A stretch of 64,000 nucleotides of DNA from a candidate division FCPU426 bacterium (GCA_963796105.1 CAWCKJ010000002.1:288001-352000), one strand, 5' to 3'; positions 52,627-62,109 are shown, counted from the stretch's first letter. Made by a program: numbers and translations. Notes: generated from the letters alone by a model not told the origin.

Positions 52627-53052
52627 ATGAAACGTATCATCGCGGTACTAGCAGGTTTGTTGTTTTTAGCCGGGACTGGGCTGGTTTTGTCCAACGCCTA
52701 TGCGAATGACGGAGGAATCACCGCCGACCAAAAGACGCCGCCAAAACATCGTAAAAGCACCAAGCATTTTTCAGCCCACGACAAAAGCCAAGTGTCGGGG
52801 AAACTGAAAAGAAAATCCACGAAGCCCAGCGCCTTCCTGAAAAACTCCAAGGGGGACTACATAAAGGGCAACTCTTTCGGGAAGTTCTCAAAAACCAACG
52901 ACAAAAACGCGTTTATCAAGGGTGAAAATCCCAATACCAACGACAATAACTCGTATATCAAGGGTGAAACCCGCTTCGATAAATCCAACGGCTTTATAAA
53001 ATCGGAGGCCGGGCCAGGAAACGACAAAGGGGTACCCTCAGCCCATCCTTGA
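52627..53052 (+). CDS. Secreted low-complexity protein with repeated (Y/F)IK(G/S) motifs
   Basis: GAGGAGG RBS; N-terminus paralogous to the 51309 gene, C-terminus paralogous to the 51899 gene. Confidence 0.75.
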   Translation: MKRIIAVLAGLLFLAGTGLVLSNAYANDGGITADQKTPPKHRKSTKHFSAHDKSQVSGKLKRKSTKPSAFLKNSKGDYIKGNSFGKFSKTNDKNAFIKGENPNTNDNNSYIKGETRFDKSNGFIKSEAGPGNDKGVPSAHP

Positions 53053-53107
53053 AAAGAATTTTAAACCGGACGATTTTGGCTTAGCGTTTCCAATAAAATT
53101 GTAACCT

Positions 53108-53140
53108 CTGAAAAAGTCGGCTTATCGCCGACTTTTTCAG
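53108..53140. terminator. Bidirectional terminator
   Basis: CTGAAAAAGTCGGC-TTATC-GCCGACTTTTTCAG perfect inverted repeat between convergent genes. Confidence 0.85.
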
Positions 53141-53333
53141 CAATCATTCAAGGTAATCCCATGATTTCCTGCGGAAATCTTTGGGGTCGAAACCTCTGTT
53201 GGCCGCTTTTTTTAGTTTTTCAGAGGTTTCAAATTCTTCGTTTCACCACAGACTCAGAGACACAGCTAATACTAAAGATTTTTTTTAATGCATTACCTTG
53301 GCTGGGCCTCTGGGTCCGTTGTGAATTTGTTTT

Positions 53334-55889
53334 TTATAATCCCACGGCTTCCTTCTTTAGATCCGCCGCGAAATCGCTCCCCCAGTAATCCTTGAGGTCG
53401 TTGGACATTCGATAGAGGAGCCTTTTCAACGCCTGTTTGTTCCCCCCCTCCACGTAATCGGCCGGGTCCGGCTGGTAGTTCCGGATATTCATCATGTTGG
53501 AAGCGTAGCAATCGCCGTCGTAAAGATGCAGGGGCGCCGAGAATTCGACGAGGCCGTTATCGTCGGTGTTCAAGGGCGCTCCGGCGCAGAAATCCCTCGT
53601 TTCAGCCGGCCCCATCCGGAGCAACGCCGCCAAATCCCCCGCCTCCGCCAACCTGACGCGCCCTAAGGCCGCCTTCAATTTTCCTTCCCGCAGGGTCCTT
53701 TCCATATAGGGGATGTCCGGCTTGAGCTCGCCCATCGAGCCCAGCAAGAACAAGTCCGGGACGGGGATTTCCTCCCCGGGGCGGGGAGGTACCCCGAAGA
53801 CATAGACGTAAGGGAAGACCGACGAGAAGGTCCGGCAGACTGATTCCACGTCGCTGGTCCTCATGGCGTAAACCTGGAGCCATTGGCAATAGACCCCTTC
53901 CGGGGCCAGGGCCTTCCTTCCGATCTCAAAGCATTCCCGGGTGAAAAGGTTGGAGACGCCCGAAAGCCAGGGGTTGCTGGGCTCGGAAATAATGACGTCG
54001 TATTTTTTAGGGGTGACCCGGAAATAATGACGGGCGTCGTCGGGAATGAAATGGAATTTGGGGTCGGTGAGGACGTTGAAGTTGAAATCATTGAAGAGGG
54101 AGGCGGCACGGGGCATGAAGGGCTCCAACTCCACCACGTCCAGGGAACCCAGGTGGTGCTGGAGTGCGGTCCCGGGCGTGATGCCGCTGGCCAGCCCGAT
54201 GACTGCCACCTGGTCCGCCGGTTTCTTGAGGGAGCATTCCCGCCAGAGGAGGGGCAGGTGGGCCGCCAATTGCTCGGTGGGAAGGTCCCCCACCGAGGAG
54301 GCCTCGACCTTGCCGTTGTTGGATAGGACCAGGACGCCAATTTTGACGGCCTTTTCCACGGTGACAGTGGTGACCAGCCCTTCCCGGTAATAAAGCAGTT
54401 TTGAGTCGGCCAGCCTTTGGCGGTATCCGGGAATATAGTCATTCCAGGCGGTGATGGCCTGGAAAAAAGGCCCGACCGCCAGGTTGTGGGTGTTCCAGGC
54501 GGGCAGGAGCGCCCAGAGGGCCGGGGGCAATGCCAGGGCCAACATGGCCATGACGGGCCAAAGCATCCTTGGAAAATAAAGGGTCCGTTGGGAATAAAGA
54601 AGAAGGCCCGCCGCGAGGAAGTTCAGGCAGGCCGCCGCTTCCAGGGTCTCCCGCACCCCCACTAGGGGTATCAAGAGGAAGGCCGCGAGAAGGGAACCCA
54701 TGATGGCTCCAAGTGTATTGGCGGCGTAAACCAAACCCACCTTTTCGCCCGGGTCGCGGGAGAACCAGGGGTGGGATTTCAGCGCCAGGGGGAAGAGGGA
54801 GCCCGCCAGGAAAGCCGTCGGGAACAGGACCCCGAAGGCCAAAACAAACTGGATGGCCTTCTGCCACTGGTTCAGGTCCAGCCCGAAACGTTCGGTGAGC
54901 TGGGCGAGCCCCATGAAAACAATCCAGAGGCGGTCAAAGCAGTAGGCTGTGCCGATGACGACGGCTCCCAAAAGCGCCTGGAGAAAGGCCATCCTTCGCG
55001 CGGCCGGGGAACCCGAAAGGGGGGAGCGGGAGAAGACGAAGGCGCCGGCGCTCAAACCCGCGAGGAAGGAAGCCAGCATGGCGCTGAAGGAGTAAACCGA
55101 GCCGCCCAGGATCATCGAAAGGATCCGGTTATAGCCCACCTCGTCCATCATGGCCGCGATCCCCGACAGGCAGGCCGCGGCCAGCACCGCGGTGACAACC
55201 GCTTCCCGGGGCAAGGGGGATTCCTGTTTTTTTTCCGCGGGTTCCGGGAGGCCTTTACCGGAAAAATGTTTCCCCAGGAACCAGGCCGACAGCCCCAAGG
55301 CGGTGTTGACCAATACCGCCAGGAGGGTGGTGGATTGCTGGCCGAAAGCGGGAAGAAGCCAGTAACCCGCCGCCACGGCGCCCGCCACCGCCCCGGCGGT
55401 GTTCACGGCGTAGAGGCCCCCCGCGAAGGACTTGCCGCTTGGCTCCAATCCCTCCGAGAGTCTCGAGAGGCAAGGCAGGGTGGCCCCCATGAGTATGGTG
55501 GGTAGGATCAAAAGCGCCAGCGAACCCAAAAGCCGGGGAAGGATAAAGAGGGAATGGGAAAGGGGCCAATGGGTTTCCAGGAGCAGGAAGCCCGAGTCCG
55601 CGAGGGGAAAACCCAAGGAAAGAAAAAGCGCGTAGAGGCCGATGCCCAGTTCCAGCGCCCCGTAAACCTGGAGGGGATGGCGGAGGCGGGACCAGCGGCC
55701 GCCCCACCGGCTTCCCAAAAACAAGCCCGACATGTAGGCGGCTAAAACCACCCCGGCGGAATAGGTGGTCGCCCCCAGGATCAACTGGAATTGGCGGGTC
55801 CAGAGGACCTCATACAAAAGGCTGGTGGCGCCCGAGAAGAGAAAAAGGACGGCGGCTGCCGCGCGGGCCCGGTGGGAAGTAGGGTTCAC
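53334..55889 (-). CDS. Fused membrane domain / spermidine synthase-like protein
   Basis: FLFSGATSLLYEVLWTR, YAANTLGAI.G, VIGLASGIT, DVIISEPSNPW, NTDDN. Confidence 0.88.
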   Translation of the reverse strand: MNPTSHRARAAAAVLFLFSGATSLLYEVLWTRQFQLILGATTYSAGVVLAAYMSGLFLGSRWGGRWSRLRHPLQVYGALELGIGLYALFLSLGFPLADSGFLLLETHWPLSHSLFILPRLLGSLALLILPTILMGATLPCLSRLSEGLEPSGKSFAGGLYAVNTAGAVAGAVAAGYWLLPAFGQQSTTLLAVLVNTALGLSAWFLGKHFSGKGLPEPAEKKQESPLPREAVVTAVLAAACLSGIAAMMDEVGYNRILSMILGGSVYSFSAMLASFLAGLSAGAFVFSRSPLSGSPAARRMAFLQALLGAVVIGTAYCFDRLWIVFMGLAQLTERFGLDLNQWQKAIQFVLAFGVLFPTAFLAGSLFPLALKSHPWFSRDPGEKVGLVYAANTLGAIMGSLLAAFLLIPLVGVRETLEAAACLNFLAAGLLLYSQRTLYFPRMLWPVMAMLALALPPALWALLPAWNTHNLAVGPFFQAITAWNDYIPGYRQRLADSKLLYYREGLVTTVTVEKAVKIGVLVLSNNGKVEASSVGDLPTEQLAAHLPLLWRECSLKKPADQVAVIGLASGITPGTALQHHLGSLDVVELEPFMPRAASLFNDFNFNVLTDPKFHFIPDDARHYFRVTPKKYDVIISEPSNPWLSGVSNLFTRECFEIGRKALAPEGVYCQWLQVYAMRTSDVESVCRTFSSVFPYVYVFGVPPRPGEEIPVPDLFLLGSMGELKPDIPYMERTLREGKLKAALGRVRLAEAGDLAALLRMGPAETRDFCAGAPLNTDDNGLVEFSAPLHLYDGDCYASNMMNIRNYQPDPADYVEGGNKQALKRLLYRMSNDLKDYWGSDFAADLKKEAVGL

Positions 55890-55898
55890 GAAGACCGG

Positions 55899-57065
55899 TT
55901 AAATCTTGAACTCATAAAGCGCGTTGAGGGTCCAAAAACGGTAGCGCAGGTCCACCGGAATATCGAGGGCAGGGTCGTAAGCGGCGTTGTGCGCGATGAC
56001 ATAATCGAACCCCCCGGAAAAATTCAAGGCCGAGCCCTTGTCCAAGGGGACGAAATAGCTTGGGTTCAACCCGAACATCCATCCGCCGCCGTCATAAAGC
56101 CCGGAAGAGTCCCAGAGGGGATAGCCGTTGGCCCAGACATACTTGACCTGGCCGCCAATGGAAAAGTTCCCGAAGGTATAGGAAGGAGAGGCGTTCAATT
56201 GCTCTCCGGATGAGCCGTAAGGCTCAAAACCATAGACGACCGAACTGCCTGAGAGGTAATAGCGCTGGGCCAGGGTGTAAACCATTCCGCCGATTTCCCA
56301 GGAAAACCCGGCCGGGTTGTAAAAGGAATAGGAAGCGGTGAAATTGGGCCCCAATTGGAAATCGGTCAAGCCGTTTTCCAGCGTGGGTTCGTAGGCCATG
56401 GCCGAAAAGCGGAAAGTGCTGGATTGGTGGTTCGGGAAGGACTCAATCCGGTTGAGGGCCAGGAAAAAACAGTCCCCGATCTTGAAGGGGGAGTCCTGTG
56501 GAAAGCCGGAGTCGGGATTGTAGGGGCCCGAATAGTTGTAGCCGAGCGATACCCCGAATTTGACATCCTTCCCGGAGGGAAAGGAAAGGGCGTAAAGGCC
56601 GCCGATGCCCCAGCCCTCGTCCTGGTAGCGGCTGTTGATGAAGATCATGGGAACGCTGGACGGAATTTCCTTCGTTTCCCAGGCGGGATCGCCCGTGGGA
56701 ATGGTCAGGTCCAACTCGGCCATGGAGGAGACCCCGAAGGTCTTGAAACAAAGCTGGCTTCCCAGGGAAGTCGCCGTCAGGTTGGACAAATCCAGGGTTT
56801 CGGTCCCGGCCAGCGAGTCGGTGTATTTGCCCGCGGCGAAGGCAGTTTGCCCGTAAAGGTTCCAATTGGGGTTGGGAGCGTAGCAAACGTTCAAAGGCGC
56901 GAGCAGGTCAAAACCGCTGTAGGGCCCGATGGAATTGAGCGCATTCCACCCGCTGTAATCCGGGCCGAACGTGATCATCCCTTGGTAATCAGCCTGGGCC
57001 GTTCCAAAACCGGTTAAAAACAAAATGGAGAATAACAGTTTAGGAATGAAGGATTGTTTTTTCAT
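55899..57065 (-). CDS. Putative outer-membrane beta-barrel protein
   Basis: Signal peptide, aromatic alternating strands, C-terminal YEFKI; overlaps the FecR gene stop. Confidence 0.6.
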   Translation of the reverse strand: MKKQSFIPKLLFSILFLTGFGTAQADYQGMITFGPDYSGWNALNSIGPYSGFDLLAPLNVCYAPNPNWNLYGQTAFAAGKYTDSLAGTETLDLSNLTATSLGSQLCFKTFGVSSMAELDLTIPTGDPAWETKEIPSSVPMIFINSRYQDEGWGIGGLYALSFPSGKDVKFGVSLGYNYSGPYNPDSGFPQDSPFKIGDCFFLALNRIESFPNHQSSTFRFSAMAYEPTLENGLTDFQLGPNFTASYSFYNPAGFSWEIGGMVYTLAQRYYLSGSSVVYGFEPYGSSGEQLNASPSYTFGNFSIGGQVKYVWANGYPLWDSSGLYDGGGWMFGLNPSYFVPLDKGSALNFSGGFDYVIAHNAAYDPALDIPVDLRYRFWTLNALYEFKI

Positions 57066-57883
57066 GGCGTCGCGTAAATGATGCCGCGGTTTGGGCCCGC
57101 CGCCGGGGGGGGATTCAACCGGTATTGGAGGCCTCCTGCCTGCGGGTCGTCGAAGGCATGGGCGTTGTAAGTTTGAACCCCGCCCATGAACTGCTTGTGA
57201 AGGTCCACGAAGACAGGGTCGGAGAATCCTAATGGTTTTTGGGTTCCGGTTTTAGAACCGTCGGCGGACCCAACGGATTTCGTGACTTCGCCTGGTTTGC
57301 CCTTGATGAATTGGAGTTCCTCACCCGCGTTCAATACCCTGTTGGTTCCGCCAGCCTTGGCATAGACGCTTCCCTCGGACACCCTCAAGTCCAGTTTCCC
57401 GGAGGCGGGTTCGTAATCCATGGTAAATTCCGTGCCGCGCACGCCACAGACCACGCCGCCAGCCTCAATCTCGAAAGCGGACTTGCTTGAACCCAGCTTG
57501 GCGGCCTGGGCTAAAAGTTTTCCCAAGGCCATTTTGAAGCGCATGATTTTGCCGAGATTAGGGAGCTTCCGGAGGCGGGTGATGGAAAAATCGGTGTCCG
57601 GGCCGAGGGCGATCCGGGAGCCGTCGAAAAATTTCAGGACGGCCGAGGCATTTTTGGATGTGAAAACCCGTTCCCCTTCAGCCAGAACGGTTCCTTCCTG
57701 AGCGGAACGGGTTGGCTGGCTTCCGGGGCCCGCCACCGTTACCGGGCCTGTCACTGAGGCCAAGAGGCACTGGGCGGGGTTAGAAGCCGCTAAAAGAGGA
57801 AGGATGGAATGGGGTGAACATAATAAAAGCGCCAGAATGAAAAACCGCTTTAATAACTTATTTTGATAGGCCCGGGTTGGCAT
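57062..57883 (-). CDS. FecR-domain secreted protein (start uncertain)
   Basis: GERVFT..ASAVLKFFDGSRIALGPDT, GVRGTEF, VSEGSV. Confidence 0.8.
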   Translation of the reverse strand: MPTRAYQNKLLKRFFILALLLCSPHSILPLLAASNPAQCLLASVTGPVTVAGPGSQPTRSAQEGTVLAEGERVFTSKNASAVLKFFDGSRIALGPDTDFSITRLRKLPNLGKIMRFKMALGKLLAQAAKLGSSKSAFEIEAGGVVCGVRGTEFTMDYEPASGKLDLRVSEGSVYAKAGGTNRVLNAGEELQFIKGKPGEVTKSVGSADGSKTGTQKPLGFSDPVFVDLHKQFMGGVQTYNAHAFDDPQAGGLQYRLNPPPAAGPNRGIIYATP

Positions 57884-57975
57884 AAGATTCCCCATCGAAT
57901 GAATTGTCCTAAAGGCTAACAGATAGGAAAAACAAAAATCAATACTGGGGTCTTGAGATATGTGGGGTTTTCTTT

Positions 57976-58001
57976 GTTCCCTCAGGGTCCCCGTCGTGGA
58001 C
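57976..58001. repeat. 26-bp quasi-palindromic site, copy 1
   Basis: GTTCCCTCAGGG-TC-CCCGTCGTGGAC. Confidence 0.85.
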
Positions 58002-58034
58002 AACCTTTTCAACCCACTTTAGCTTTTTTCGGAC

Positions 58035-58895
58035 TTAGAGCTCATGGGCTTTAAGAAGGTCAAACCAAATCCAATTTTCGATTGGATGCAAATATATCCA
58101 AAAAAACAATACCAATATAGCCAGTAAAAAATCAGGCCAATTTCTTCGTCCCAAACTAAACGAAATCCAGACCACATTTGCCAAAAGCATTAATACAAGG
58201 ATCGGCAAGGCGGTAAATCCCCACCCAATTGCCATATTGCCAGTCACAATGTATCCCTCATTTGTTAGTTCCGGCCAACTTAACTTTGAAACCAACAAAT
58301 ACAAAATCAAACTCAAAAGATTTACAAACATCCAAATTTTATTTCGTTTCGCGGAGTCCCATAAAGCTATTCCGGATTTTTTCTCGTTTCCGGATTTAAC
58401 ACTCGTGTCTGAACCTTCGTGTTTTCGATTGTGTTTTTTTATCGAATAATAAAATCCTAATAATAAGGCAGCCAATGGAGGCAAAATATAAAACCATATT
58501 GAAAAAAACGCATAATTTACCGCTTCCCAAAACCAACGATTGAATCTCCAAAGCCAATTTTTCGAATCCTCCTTGATCTTTGAATACGTTGCCAATTCCG
58601 TCTGAGCTTGATGGTCGTCGGGATCTACAGCTAATGCTTTTCGAATTTCGGCGATAGCGCTGTCATAATCGCCTTTATGAAAAAAGACATCGGAACTCAC
58701 TATGTAAGACCTGACTAATTTTTGTTTCTCAGTCGGGAATGGATAAACGGGGGTAGGGATAACACCGACATCGCTTGCATGGGGTGTGATCTGCGTGACT
58801 GGAGCACCCTGAGAGAAGAGGATAGGCCCTATCGAAAAAAGAATTAGGAGGGAAAGCAAGGGGATCAATCGTTTGATGGGTTTAATTTCAGACAT
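58035..58895 (-). CDS. TPR-containing membrane protein
   Basis: Signal peptide, one TPR (KGDYDSAIAEIRKALAVDPDD), several TMs; AT-richer than the upstream flank. Confidence 0.7.
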   Translation of the reverse strand: MSEIKPIKRLIPLLSLLILFSIGPILFSQGAPVTQITPHASDVGVIPTPVYPFPTEKQKLVRSYIVSSDVFFHKGDYDSAIAEIRKALAVDPDDHQAQTELATYSKIKEDSKNWLWRFNRWFWEAVNYAFFSIWFYILPPLAALLLGFYYSIKKHNRKHEGSDTSVKSGNEKKSGIALWDSAKRNKIWMFVNLLSLILYLLVSKLSWPELTNEGYIVTGNMAIGWGFTALPILVLMLLANVVWISFSLGRRNWPDFLLAILVLFFWIYLHPIENWIWFDLLKAHEL

Positions 58896-58914
58896 CAATT
58901 ACCCCTTTCCTGTT

Positions 58915-58940
58915 GTCCACGATGGCTCCCCAGAATGGAC
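58915..58940. repeat. 26-bp site, copy 2
   Basis: GTCCACGATGGC-TC-CCCAGAATGGAC. Confidence 0.8.
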
Positions 58941-58963
58941 AATCTTTCTTGATCGGCGATCCC

Positions 58964-60436
58964 TCACGAGAAGGCTTTGATAACGGTGTCCTTGAAGAAT
59001 TCCAGTTCTTGCTCAGACCCCAACGCTTGATAATTTCCCGCGGTGATAACGCAAACCAGGTCCATTTCGGGTACGACAATAATATGCTGCCCGCCCTTTC
59101 CATGGGAGTAATAGGCAAAGACATCCCCCCGGGGCGTCGGGATCTTTTGCGACCACCAAAGATAACCATAACCGGTAAAGGTCGGCCACGGTTTGCCATC
59201 CGGTGGGATCGGTTGGGGATGGGTGGATTCTTCAACCCATTTAGAAGAAACAACCTGCTTTCCATTCCAATTACCTTTGTCCAAACACAATAAACCCAAT
59301 TTGGCCATATCCCTGGGTCTTAGCCAATGGCTCGCGCCCACTTCCGTGATGCCATTCGGACCGGTTAACCACTGAACACTATGAATCCCCAGCGGGTCAT
59401 AAAGGTATTTTTGGGCGAAATCGCCCACGGACATCCCGCTTTGTTTCGACAACACCGCGCCTAAAAGAGTTAAACAAGAGGTGCAATAACCGTAATGTTG
59501 TCCGGGCCGATGGGCCATGGGCTGGGTCAAACAAAAATCAAGCCAATCAGGGGAGTTGAGCATATCCACTTCACAACCCGCCCCCCCTGCTTTCCGATAT
59601 TGACCATCATCGCAAGCAAAACCCGAGGTCATTGTTAGGAGGGCGCCTAAGGTAATCTCGTTCTTGCGGACATCCCAGTTTGGTTTAGATCGATATTCAG
59701 GAAAATAATTCATGAGTTTATCGGTCGTCTTAAGTAGGTGTTGATCCTCGGCGATCCCCATAAGGATCGACAGGACCGATTTTGAGGTCGACTGGAGTTG
59801 ATGAATTTCTTCGGGGTGATAACCGTAAAAATACTCGTCTAATAAAAGCTTTCCATGGCGAACCAACAGCAAACTATGGATGTTGGGTACATCCTGCATA
59901 AGAACGGCCCTCACGGCATCTTCGATCTTATTTCGATCCCCGCCCGCCTCCTGGATGTCTCCCGGTTCCCACCCGTCGTCCGTTCTCGCGGGTTTTCGGT
60001 AGGTATAATCGATGACGGCTTTGTTCTGATAGTTCACCCTTGGGACCGAATAAACCAAGCCCCTTTTCATTTCCATGGGGTAGGTTTTTCCCGCGACCAG
60101 AGAAAAGGAATCGCTGGTCATTTTCATGGTCCCCTTCAAGGTATCGGGACCTTCCAATGTCAGGTCTACGGCGCCGTCCGTACCGATTTCACCGTGAAAA
60201 GTCTTTCCGGTGACCACTAGGTTTTTAAAGGGTATGCCGATTGCACCCATTTCAATATTGTCGAGATGAGCAATATAGGGAACCTTGTCAGAGCCCTCGA
60301 TCACTAAAGCTTGATGACCTTTACCCAGGCAATCCACGGTCCCATACCAATAGCCCGCCAGCCCCTTAGGGGTGCAAGAGCTTGTCAAAAGAAAGATTGA
60401 ACAAAAACAGAAATAATAGAAAAGACGTTTGGACAC
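58964..60436 (-). CDS. Serine hydrolase, class C beta-lactamase-like lipoprotein
   Basis: STSK (SxxK), LLTMTSG, YCT, HGKGGQ; GAGGT RBS before GTG at 60436; lipobox TSSC. Confidence 0.88.
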   Translation of the reverse strand: MSKRLFYYFCFCSIFLLTSSCTPKGLAGYWYGTVDCLGKGHQALVIEGSDKVPYIAHLDNIEMGAIGIPFKNLVVTGKTFHGEIGTDGAVDLTLEGPDTLKGTMKMTSDSFSLVAGKTYPMEMKRGLVYSVPRVNYQNKAVIDYTYRKPARTDDGWEPGDIQEAGGDRNKIEDAVRAVLMQDVPNIHSLLLVRHGKLLLDEYFYGYHPEEIHQLQSTSKSVLSILMGIAEDQHLLKTTDKLMNYFPEYRSKPNWDVRKNEITLGALLTMTSGFACDDGQYRKAGGAGCEVDMLNSPDWLDFCLTQPMAHRPGQHYGYCTSCLTLLGAVLSKQSGMSVGDFAQKYLYDPLGIHSVQWLTGPNGITEVGASHWLRPRDMAKLGLLCLDKGNWNGKQVVSSKWVEESTHPQPIPPDGKPWPTFTGYGYLWWSQKIPTPRGDVFAYYSHGKGGQHIIVVPEMDLVCVITAGNYQALGSEQELEFFKDTVIKAFS

Positions 60437-60478
60437 ATTAACCTCTTTCTTCGACCCTATAATCATTGAAATATTATC

Positions 60479-60504
60479 GTCCAATACACCTCCCCGTCGC
60501 GGAC
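60479..60504. repeat. 26-bp site, copy 3
   Basis: GTCCAATACACC-TC-CCCGTCGCGGAC. Confidence 0.85.
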
Positions 60505-60519
60505 AACCCCCAAACCCAT

Positions 60520-61155
60520 TTAGGCTCTAAGGAGTTTCCGAGCTTTGAGAAGAACCAAATCTCCAAAGACCGGCCCCTTTTGAATGTTCTCGAATCCCCC
60601 ATCCCTCAAAGCGGTCATGTGTTCCGCCGGGTGAAGAAGATGCTTCAGGGGCTTGGATTTAATCTGGGATCGATCCGCCAGAAGTAGGATACCCCTCGGT
60701 TTCAAGGCCGAGAACATATTCCCATAAAGTCGCGGAATCTTGCGGGCATCCCGCAATTCATGGATTGCTTGGATAGTCACAATAGCGTCGAATTTACTCC
60801 GAAAGCCCCTCCACTTGGGTTGGTCCTCGAAGGAAACGGTCACTCTGCGGGTAACGTTCCTGAATTTCATCAATCTTTTCCCGGCGATTTCTTGCATTGG
60901 CTTCGAGGAATCCCAAAGTAGATATTGATCGACCGAAACGTTCGATAAAAGATACTCCGCGAGATAACCGGGGCCCGACCCTATTTCAAGGATTTTTAAG
61001 GGCCTTCCAACGAGCTTTAAATACGTCACCATCCAACGAAAGACCTTTCGCCGGAAAGGCCGTTTTCGGTTCACCTCTTCAGCCCATTTTTTGACGTAAG
61101 CGGGGTCGTCATAGTGGTGGGGACTGGTTTTTTTCAAAACAACTTCCTTTTGCAT
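60520..61155 (-). CDS. Class I SAM-dependent methyltransferase
   Basis: ILEIGSGPGYLA, FDAIVTIQAIHEL, LKPRG. Confidence 0.88.
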   Translation of the reverse strand: MQKEVVLKKTSPHHYDDPAYVKKWAEEVNRKRPFRRKVFRWMVTYLKLVGRPLKILEIGSGPGYLAEYLLSNVSVDQYLLWDSSKPMQEIAGKRLMKFRNVTRRVTVSFEDQPKWRGFRSKFDAIVTIQAIHELRDARKIPRLYGNMFSALKPRGILLLADRSQIKSKPLKHLLHPAEHMTALRDGGFENIQKGPVFGDLVLLKARKLLRA

Positions 61156-61165
61156 ATTTTTACCT

Positions 61166-61191
61166 GTCCACGATGGGTCCCCATCGTGGAC
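61166..61191. repeat. 26-bp site, copy 4 (perfect 12-bp arms)
   Basis: GTCCACGATGGG-TC-CCCATCGTGGAC. Confidence 0.9.
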
Positions 61192-61240
61192 AAGAGAAGT
61201 TGAATCAAATCTTGCATTCGATTAGTCAGTAACGAACAGT

Positions 61241-61837
61241 TTAGCGGTTCGGGAATTTTCCTTTGATGGTTTTGATCGCTAGAAATAGCGTTTGGGGTTT
61301 GTTTGCCAAAGGATGGAAACCGTATTTTTGATAAAACCGGACTGCTTGATCATCTTTGGCGTCCACTACAACTCCGTAAATTCCAACTTCGTTTGATAAA
61401 CGTTCGGCTCTCTGCAAAGCATCCACCAAGAGGGCGATACCGATTCCCCGGCCTTGGTACCGTTTATCCACAGCCAATCTCCCGACCCGAATGGCAGGAG
61501 CGGGATAACGGGGGAGGCCTTTTGAAAGAGGTGGCGGCAACATTTGAGAGTCGATTTCTGAAGACACGGCCGTGTAAAAGCCTAGAACCCTCCCTCCCAC
61601 CTGCGCCGAGGTCCCAAACCGAGGCACCCGCTTTGGTTGTGCCGGTTCCATAGGGGAACCGGCATCACTCCTCAACTGCGCAACAAATGTTTTGCCGATG
61701 TTTCGTTCATGGTTTTGCCGGGCGTATTTTTGAAGATATTCATTGAGCGCTAATACCCCGCAATCAAATGAATCCAAATCTAAATGACGATTTATGGTAT
61801 GGATCTCGAACGCTAAAGAATTCCCTGCGGGGTTCAA
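61241..61837 (-). CDS. GNAT toxin (AtaT/TacT-like) of a type II TA system
   Basis: FDCGV.ALNEYL..YARQN, PAIRVGRLAVD..YQGRGIG, VVVDAKD..A..FY.KYGF. Confidence 0.92.
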   Translation of the reverse strand: MNPAGNSLAFEIHTINRHLDLDSFDCGVLALNEYLQKYARQNHERNIGKTFVAQLRSDAGSPMEPAQPKRVPRFGTSAQVGGRVLGFYTAVSSEIDSQMLPPPLSKGLPRYPAPAIRVGRLAVDKRYQGRGIGIALLVDALQRAERLSNEVGIYGVVVDAKDDQAVRFYQKYGFHPLANKPQTLFLAIKTIKGKFPNR

Positions 61838-62109
61838 GGATGGCTATATTTCTTGATAGCCGCCGTTAAAGCCTTGTTGGGGTGGGGCGGATTTTCCAGG
61901 ATTTTCATGAAAGAGTTCCACTCGCTTTCGGAAAGGGTGATGCGTTTTTGGGACGAAAGCCCTTCCTGGGCGGCCTTCAAGGAATTAGAAAGCATGAAAG
62001 CGCTGAGGCTAAGCCCATAAATCGAAGCGGCCTTCTCCAGCTTGTCCTTGTCTTTCGGGCGGATGCGAATTTCTATCCGTTGTTCCCTTGATTGTATACT
62101 CGTTGCCAT
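61834..62109 (-). CDS. DUF1778 RHH antitoxin
   Basis: RIEIRI..KDK.KLEKAA...GLSLSAF, I.LS...W..F...LENPP.PN.AL; 4-bp overlap with the toxin. Confidence 0.92.
   Translation of the reverse strand: MATSIQSREQRIEIRIRPKDKDKLEKAASIYGLSLSAFMLSNSLKAAQEGLSSQKRITLSESEWNSFMKILENPPHPNKALTAAIKKYSHP

Noticed and set aside
51309..53052. Functional T6SS or prophage locus implied by the Hcp-like motifs
   Set aside because: Only short peptides resemble tube proteins, the proteins have Sec-type signal peptides, and no sheath, baseplate or VgrG genes are present.
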